A stretch of DNA of 64,000 nucleotides. Origin: Eledone cirrhosa (Eukaryota). Below, in pieces: positions 56,301-64,000 of the stretch (positions are counted from its first letter, which is position 1; every line of letters starts with the position of its first letter). The stretch is from the NCBI GenBank assembly GCA_964016885.1, contig OZ024741.1, forward strand, positions 328,848,001 through 328,912,000, written 5' to 3'. Made by a program: the position numbers and the translations under genes. The notes below the pieces were generated by a model. That model was not told the origin of the DNA. It saw nothing but the letters and a program-made list of their open reading frames with translations, and searched no databases.

Positions 56301-57012
56301 ATTCATCTACCACTAAATTTAGGATGTCAACCGAATCTTGTCCTAGCCCGTCAGCATTCATCTCCTCAGTGGCCGTATCTCTGTTCCAGGTATTATTTAT
56401 CTCAGTGTTCAGATCATTGTCTGCTTCGGGTGGTTCCTCCGTTCTCTCGACCTCTACACCTGCATTTCCCACTGGCTCGTTTGTCTGGCATACTACACCC
56501 AAGCTATTCTCTCTGCTCAGTTCCTCCAGTTCCAGCTCGCTTATCCACCCATTAGTTCTTATTACCCGAGCCTGCCCGGCCAATTTTTGTTCATCTAATT
56601 TAAATAGATCAATCTCGTTCCAGATGTTATGCATCCGTCTCCTATAGCCCCTCTCCTTGGGGTTACTTTTCAGGTAACATTGCATAACAGTTCTATTCAA
56701 TTCTTTCGTCCAGTTGGTTCTGGCCCCTTTCCTTCTTCTTCTTCCTCCAACATCAGCAGTATTTGGTTGACAGTCAGGTTCCTGCTGCTGAGCCAAGGAG
56801 CACCTGTTGGGTGAGAGTCTGTCACATGACGTTCTAGTCTCCATTTCACCGTTATTCGAACTGTTTAGGTTCGATATTTAAACACTCTTATCGAGGATTG
56901 GCGAATGTATGGTTACATAGCCATCTGTGGATTCACCGTTTCCGGTGGTTGCGCCGTTTCCGGTGGTTGCGCCGTTTCCGGTGGTTCGCCGTTCCAAAAA
57001 AAAAAAAAAAAA
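53399..57012 (-). mobile_element. R4/Dong-clade LINE copy 3, near full length, disrupted ORF
   Basis: ORF 54646-56844 (MQCYLKS..GYRRRM N-terminal motif, YRPITCL, IDYRKAFD, IFQGDSLS, FMDD) and ORF 53655-54551 (CCHC, RHD, PD..D). Confidence 0.92.
56936..56995 (-). repeat. 18 bp tandem repeat x3 at the 5' end of the R4/Dong copy
   Basis: CCGTTTCCGGTGGTTGCG x3 on the plus strand, followed by A17. Confidence 0.85.
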
Positions 57013-57054
57013 TTATTATTATTATTATTATTACATAATAAAATAAATTAAAAT

Positions 57055-58845
57055 AAAATAAATTAAAATAAAATAAAATAAATTAAATTATATTAAATTA
57101 AGTAAAAATCATTATATAAATTCGAACTTCCAGGGAATATCAAACCCTTATAACAATATAGAGTCATTTGAGTATCTAACTTATTTATAAATGTAACTAG
57201 GAGTATGTTATTACACTAGATAAACATATTTGTACAACTATATAGAGATATTATTATAGGTATTAATGAAACGGTATACATTTAATAAATTAATAATTAT
57301 AATCATTATTAGTAATACTATTGGTCTCACTCTCCACTGAACTGGAGTTCAAACTACAATTATAGTATTACTAATAATTGTTTCTACTTTTGGCCTTGTG
57401 CCAAAAGTAGAAACAATTATTAGTAATACTATAATTGTAGTTTTACCTCCAGTTCAGTGGAGAGAGAGACCAATATTTGTCGACTATTATGGTTTGTCAT
57501 ATTTATACCTAGATATAAAAAAATGCAAATCTAACTTTCTGGGTCTCCAAAACATACTCAAAATGAGTAAAATGTGCAAACGCATGAATGGTCCACAGTT
57601 CAATTATAATCGGTAAATTTACAAGTTAAATATCCAAATTATACATTTAAAATAGAAACAGATAAATAAAGATCCAAATCAAAATTATAAATATCTAAAA
57701 AAAAAACCTAAGGTGTGCATATTTATCAAGTAAACAAGTTATCAAAAGAGGATCCTTCATTCTAACATTAATTCAATCACAAATGATTAGAAGATAAAGC
57801 ATTATTAAAGTTTTATAAACCGTTATGACTTTTTAGGCCCAACAGTTGATAAGAGACGTCAACAATTAAGGCCTGATTGTTTAGTGTTTTTCCTGACTTT
57901 TTGCGAGGCTTGGAATGTAGACAAAGCTTTATGAAGGCAGTTTAAGAATAATTCACTTTTTTTGTTAATAAACAAATTTACATTCCAAGCCTTGCAAAAG
58001 GTCAGGAAAAAACACTAAACAATCAGGCCTTAATTTTTGACGTCTCTTATCAACTCTTGGGCCTAAAAAGTCATAATGGTTTATAAGACTTTAATAATGC
58101 TTTATCTTCTAATCATTTGTGATAGAATTAATGTTAGAATGAAGGATCTTCTTTTGATAACTTGTTTACTTGATAAATATGCACACCTTAGGGTTGATTT
58201 TTTTTAGATATTTATAATTTTGATTCGGATCTTTATTTATCTGTTTCTATTTTAAATGTATAATTTGGATATTTAACTTGTAAATTTACCGATTATAATT
58301 GAACTGTGGATCAATGATGCGTTTGCATATTTTACTCCTTTTGAGTATGTTTTGGGGACTCAGAAAGTTAGATTTGCATTTTTTCTATATCTAGGTATAA
58401 ATATAACAAACCATAATAGTCGACAAATATTGGTTTCTCTCTCCACTGAACTGGAGGTAAAACTACAATTATAGTATTACTAATAATTGTTTCTACTTTT
58501 GGCACAAGGCCAAAAGTAGAAACAATTATTAGTAATACTATAATTGTAGTTTGAACTCCAGTTCAGTGGAGAGAGAGACCAATAGTATTACTAATAATGA
58601 TTATAATTATTAATTTATTAAATGTATACCGTTCCATTAATACCTATAATAATATCTCTATATAGTTGTACAAATATGTTTATCTAGTGTAATAACATAC
58701 TCCTAGTTACATTTATAAATAATTTAGATACTCAAATGACTCTATATTGTTATAAGGGTTTGATATTCCCTGGAAGTTCGAATTTATATAATGATTTTTA
58801 CTTAATTTAATATAATTTAATTTAATTTATTTTATTTTAATTAAA
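57055..58845. repeat. ~1.8 kb inverted repeat (59 nt spacer 57920-57978); each arm holds an inner 157 bp hairpin
   Basis: Inner hairpins at 57319-57475 and 58428-58584 with a CCTTGTG/CACAAGG loop. Confidence 0.9.
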
Positions 58846-60038
58846 TTTAGAATACCCTCGGCTTTCTCAAATATTTAGCTCCTCTTTCTATCACATTCGC
58901 TAAAATATTTTAGACATATCTTTTGCCTACTATATATTAAAACCCTATTACAAATATAATATATTTTTAATATTAGGCATTTTTAAGTTTCACAAACAAT
59001 TAATTATTTTTAATTTTTATATTTATTTTGTATCTAGCCCCTATCATTAGGATTTATATAGTTTTGACTTATATGTATATAGTATATATATAAACTAAAT
59101 AAAAACAATCGATATAAAACATTAATTTTTTAACATTAATTTTTAAGAATATATTTTAACTATATATATTTTATTTACTATATTATATAATTGTATTATA
59201 TTATATATATTTGAAAGTGATCACCTTAAGCATTTAGACATTATAAACATTATAATCATTGATTAACACATATATATAATTAAAAATTCAGACCACTTTA
59301 AGTTTAGTTATAAGGCCGGTTAATCCTTTAGGCACTCAAACTATTTTATCATAAATTCTTTAATAATTATAACTATAATTATTTTATAAATTATATTAAA
59401 TAAACTGTTGTCAATATTATAAATAATGTTGGTAAAGATTACCTTCGTGAGGGTATAAAAGCATTATATATTTTCTTTCTCGTGTTTCGTAAATCCTTTA
59501 AATTTGTTTTCAAAAATATTTGAATTTTAGAAATTAAACTTGATAGTATAATATAATATTAATACAAATACTTATTAACTTTTAAAACCTAAAATATTAC
59601 TCATTACTCTGAAATAACTTAGATTGAATATTTTGAATAGTAACGGTCAACTAAATAAATTTAGATATATAATACATATATGGGAAATTGTCAATAAACT
59701 TGACCATAAATTACTCCCCTTTGTCTCTCTCTCTCTTTAATCATCTTTCATTTGTTTTTTCGAGCCACCTACTAAATATATTATCACATCAGCTGTTTCT
59801 TCCTCTATGCTTTCCTTTCTTTCCTCTTTCTTCAGTAGTTAAAAAAAAATGTTTAACTGTTATATTGAAGCCAAGTATTTTTTAAGCTGTATTACACGCA
59901 CTCTCTCTATTGTTTGTATTATATATTTTTCTCATGTTCTCAATATTAGGGTATAAATATTGAGTTTTGTCATATGTTAATCACTACCATGACTGAATCT
60001 TAACCATCTACTATGTCAGGGTATCTCATGCATCATTT

Positions 60039-60105
60039 TGTTTTATCTGATGAGGACGTACTGTTGAACTTAACTCAGTACCTCTGAAATATGTATAATA
60101 AAATA
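60039..60105 (+). ncRNA. Type I hammerhead ribozyme motif
   Basis: TGTTTTAT-CTGATGA-GGAC GTACTG..CAGTAC CTCT-GAAA-TATGT-ATA-ATAAAATA. Confidence 0.8.
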
Positions 60106-60303
60106 TAATTGATCACAAGAATATCTATTTTGTTAATATTTTAAATTAATATTAATAACTCTGGAAAACACCTGCAGTTGAGTGCTTCCAATCTATTGTA
60201 AAACTCATTCTTTGATGTATTCATTGAACCTTGTTTATCTTTTAAATTTATATATAGGAAAAGAGTCAGGACCCGAACGGCTGAGCTCCGGCTATCTCGA
60301 CAG

Positions 60304-60342
<39 letters not shown>

Positions 60343-60377
60343 GACCAAGGATTAATATTATTGTCGTTTATTTATAT

Positions 60378-60498
60378 ACATCTACAAACGTTTCAATGCA
60401 ACCAGAATAATTCACCAATTGTGAAGAAAAGCCGAAAATGATCATTTAAGTAATTCCACCATAGGAACTTTACTCCAACCGGTATCTCTTCAGGAATT
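60378..60498 (-). ncRNA. Degenerate hammerhead with long stem II insert
   Basis: Minus strand: CTGAAGA...~90 nt...GAAA-CGTTT-GTA..AATAAA; stems imperfect. Confidence 0.35.
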
Positions 60499-60753
60499 AC
60501 AATAAAACTATAATTTGCTTAACATCAGAATGCAAAATAACAAGAATTACACAAGTTTCCTAGTACATAAGCAGAAAGCAAAAGCATATGCTTGTGAACA
60601 TAGTTACTAGACATGCAAAATAAAACGTTATGTGTGTTATTCATACAAATGTTGAAACACATTGAATCTGTCGATTAGTTATACCAAGCGTTTTCGTGAA
60701 CTAATATTTCATATACATACACGCACACGCACGCACGCACACACACACACACG

Positions 60754-60921
<168 letters not shown>

Positions 60922-60959
60922 TGTGCGTGAGTGTGTGTGTGTATACATATATATTAATA

Positions 60960-63145
60960 TATATAAAACGAAATATTAATATGGTTCATTGATTACTCAA
61001 TGAATACAGTGTTATAATAGATTAAAAGCACTCAACAAAGAAATATTCCTGAAGTTTTAATATTATTCAAAATATTAACAAATGAAGATATTCACATAAT
61101 CAAATTATATGCTTTATTATATATATTTCAAATGTACTGTATTGTTTTTTTCCAGTACGTCCTCGTCAGATAAAATATATGATTTGATATATGACATACC
61201 TCTACGGTCTTGATATTTCAATTCCAGTATTGGTAGTGATTTATTTCATCAAATCTCAACATTTATATACCACAAATAATAATATGATAAACTGAAAGAA
61301 GAAAAGGACGTGGAGCGAATTAGAGATATAAGAGAGTGTGTAAAGAATAGGAGATGCAAGAAAAAAATAAGAAAAAGAAAGAGATAGAATAAAAAATACA
61401 TATATCAATGAATATGTAGATGGGTGAAAAGGATGAAGAAATATATATAAACAAGAAGAAAAAAGAAAAAAGAAAAAAGAAATAACGACAAACGAATAGA
61501 AAAAACCGTTGTTTTCAAATATTAGGTCAATTGAGTCAACCAATTAGTTACCATAGACCATTGAATATCTCTAGTATGTGGTTATGGTTAAGCTAATGAT
61601 ACTAATATAATATATCAAAATTAATCAATATACATTACTTTTCATATCCTTCACATATATAATTAAAAATTTATATAATTTAATTTAACTCATTATAGAT
61701 TTTAATTTCTGGTTTAGGTAATATATTCCATAAGTATTTTGTTACAATTTTTTTTAAAATTATCTTTATAGCATATTTAAATAATTATTAAACCTGAATT
61801 AAAACATATATTAAAATACATGCATATAACACCTTTATAAAATCTTTCAAATCTTTAATTATCATATAATTACAGGATTGAAATTTTAGTTAAATTTTGA
61901 TTTAACTTCAGTAATTGCAAATTATTACAGTTTCCTTTTAAAGAAATTCATATATTATTCAACTATATAATTTATGTCAAAAAATTAAAATAGCAAGCTA
62001 TTCAAACAGAATAAAAATATTTACGAAGAATGTAAACAAAAGGAAGATAACTCATTCACCATATTTGAGCATTAAACAATATATCTATTCTGAAATCAAG
62101 TGATATTTCTAAACCATAAATCAACAATTTTCAAGTTAAATATTGAACTGTCCTGATCAAAAACTTAGGATACAGAGGCTGATATTTAAATTATTATAAT
62201 AGATAAAACATCAATACATTATTACTCCGGTAAGGCAAAAATTATAAATATAAATATATTTATAAAAATTATTAATTGTCAATATTCTTTCGAAACTTGT
62301 ATAATGCTTGGAATGTTTTCCGGTTCTATGTTGGCAGCTGCTAAATAATTCTTTTTTCTTATTAATTAAATTGTCACAATTTGTAACTATCAATAGAGTC
62401 TCAAGATTGCAAAGATTGTAATTTGGCTAAATGGAAGCGTTCCGATAGGAATTGGCATTTTCTAGCCGTGTCCAAGGGATGGAGTATTTAATATTCTTGT
62501 CCTTCAAAGACCATATTAATTGTGAGAGTGAAGTTGAAGATTTTTTGTCTGATTTCGAAAAGGATTTTTTATGATTGTACCAACGAAGTTTAAACTCAGG
62601 TGAAGTCGCACCAATGTAGTTGTATATATTATTATTTGTCTTAATGGTGCATGTATATACTAGATTCTTGCTCAGGCAGTTATTTTGTAAGGGACATTTT
62701 GACTTCCTTCTACAGTTACATTTCTTCTCGATGTTATTTCTGTACCCTAAACTATTCATATTATTATTATTATCTAAGGGTGTTCTACTATTATTCGTAT
62801 TTCAGTTATTATTATTGTTATTCCCATTAAGTAATGTATTATTATTATTATTGTTATTATCGCTATTTAGATTTTGGTTCAAATTAAGATTTTTACTATA
62901 TAATTTTGCTATATTTTGAGCAATATTCATAATTGTTGAATAAGAGAGTTTAACTGTGTGTCTATTGAAGATAGAGTAATATTTATGTGATCTATGGAAG
63001 CATGTATCCAAGGCTTTAAAAAATAAGTGTGCTAAAGGTGTTTTAATAGTTAAAGATGCTGGTGGAACATACCAGATTATACATCTAGTTCTTATTTTTT
63101 TCCCCGATTTATTCCTCAAGGTGTTGTTTTTATAGTCAATATTAC
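60960..63145 (-). mobile_element. AT-rich Penelope-like element fragment (GIY-YIG remnant, long 3' UTR, HHR)
   Basis: IIWYVPP, HKYYSIFNRH, CNCRRKSKCPLQNNCL, LVY..YIG..FKLRWYNH. Confidence 0.8.
61113..61175 (-). ncRNA. Type I hammerhead motif downstream of a PLE ORF
   Basis: Minus strand: TTTTAT-CTGACGA-GGAC GTACTG..CAGTAC ATTT-GAAA-TATAT-ATA-ATAAAG. Confidence 0.75.
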
Positions 63146-63195
<50 letters not shown>

Positions 63196-63196
<1 letters not shown>

Positions 63197-64000
63197 AGTT
63201 GCATTTATCTTGCTTTATGTTCATACAAGTTATCACCAAGTCACAACCAGTGACCTCAAGAGACAACAAGGTCCGCCATGTTCAAGAAAGAACATACATA
63301 CTCACACATGCATCTTTAGTGTTTAGACTTGTGATGTACTTATATTGACAGAATCTTCCTTAGTATATGGGCAGTTCCCATTAGTACTATCTTTTGTATT
63401 TCTCCTATACGCGGGTTTCCTGGGATTTGCGATAAGTAATCATTAGACCACTTAGGTATCATTCCCAGAGCGCCTACAACCACTGGTATTGTTTTAGTTC
63501 TCAATTTCCACATTTTTCCAATTTCTATCTCCAGGTCCTTATACTTGCTCAATTTTTCAAATGTTTTTATAGATACATTCTTGTCTATTGGAACAGACAT
63601 ATCAATTAGCAGGCATACCCTCTTTTGAAAGTCTTTCAATATTATATCAGGTCTGTTTGCATCTATTTTTCGGTCTGTTTGAGATGTGATCTTTTTCAAG
63701 TATGGGAGGTGGTTGACGCTCCCACCAATTCTTTTGATGGGGCAGGTCAAAATGCTTACACATTATCCAATGTATGTATTGTGCAGCTCTGTCATGCCTG
63801 TTTAGGTATTCGGTTGGAGCTATAGGACTGCACATTGAAATTATATGGTCAATGGTCTCTGGTTGTTTTTTGCATACACGGCATAATGGGCTGCACCCAT
63901 TTTTTATTATGTTGGCTTGGTTAATTTTTGTTGGCAGACACTGATCTTGTGCCGATATAATCAGTCCTTCAGTCTCCGATTTCAGTCCAGAGGATGCCAA
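63196..64000 (-). mobile_element. R4/Dong-clade LINE 3' part (different subfamily), runs off the window
   Basis: ETEGLIISAQDQ, CRVC..ETIDHI..C, RHD, NRPDII..IDMSVP, EKLSKYKDL; (TAA)n tail at 63146-63195. Confidence 0.9.

Noticed and set aside
54656-56814. Plus-strand ORFs over the R4/Dong element (and similar ones over Tx1 and PLE copies)
   Set aside because: Antisense shadows of retroelement coding sequence.

Overview
AT-rich animal genomic DNA; the SINE families, microsatellite load and TE mix suggest a cephalopod such as Octopus (inference). No confidently recognisable host gene is present. The window is a mosaic of (TA)n/(CA)n/(GA)n/(AAT)n microsatellites and mostly decayed mobile elements: Penelope-like elements (PLEs, GIY-YIG), three Tx1-type L1 LINEs, a tandem stack of R4/Dong LINEs in (TAA)n, RTE and CRE remnants, a deleted mariner and many tRNA-derived SINEs. 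The main signal outside the ORF track is a dense set of type I hammerhead ribozyme (HHR) motifs, about 8 with an intact core plus several atypical or degenerate ones. These are tied to a repeated fold-back architecture: (TA)n - short reverse 3' end - fold point - longer forward 3' end - (TA)n. Fold-backs range from 76-147 bp ribozyme-centred palindromes to a near-perfect 3.49 kb palindrome with two head-to-head GIY-YIG ORFs and a 1.8 kb nested palindrome. All calls were made by eye; element boundaries are approximate unless stated as exact.
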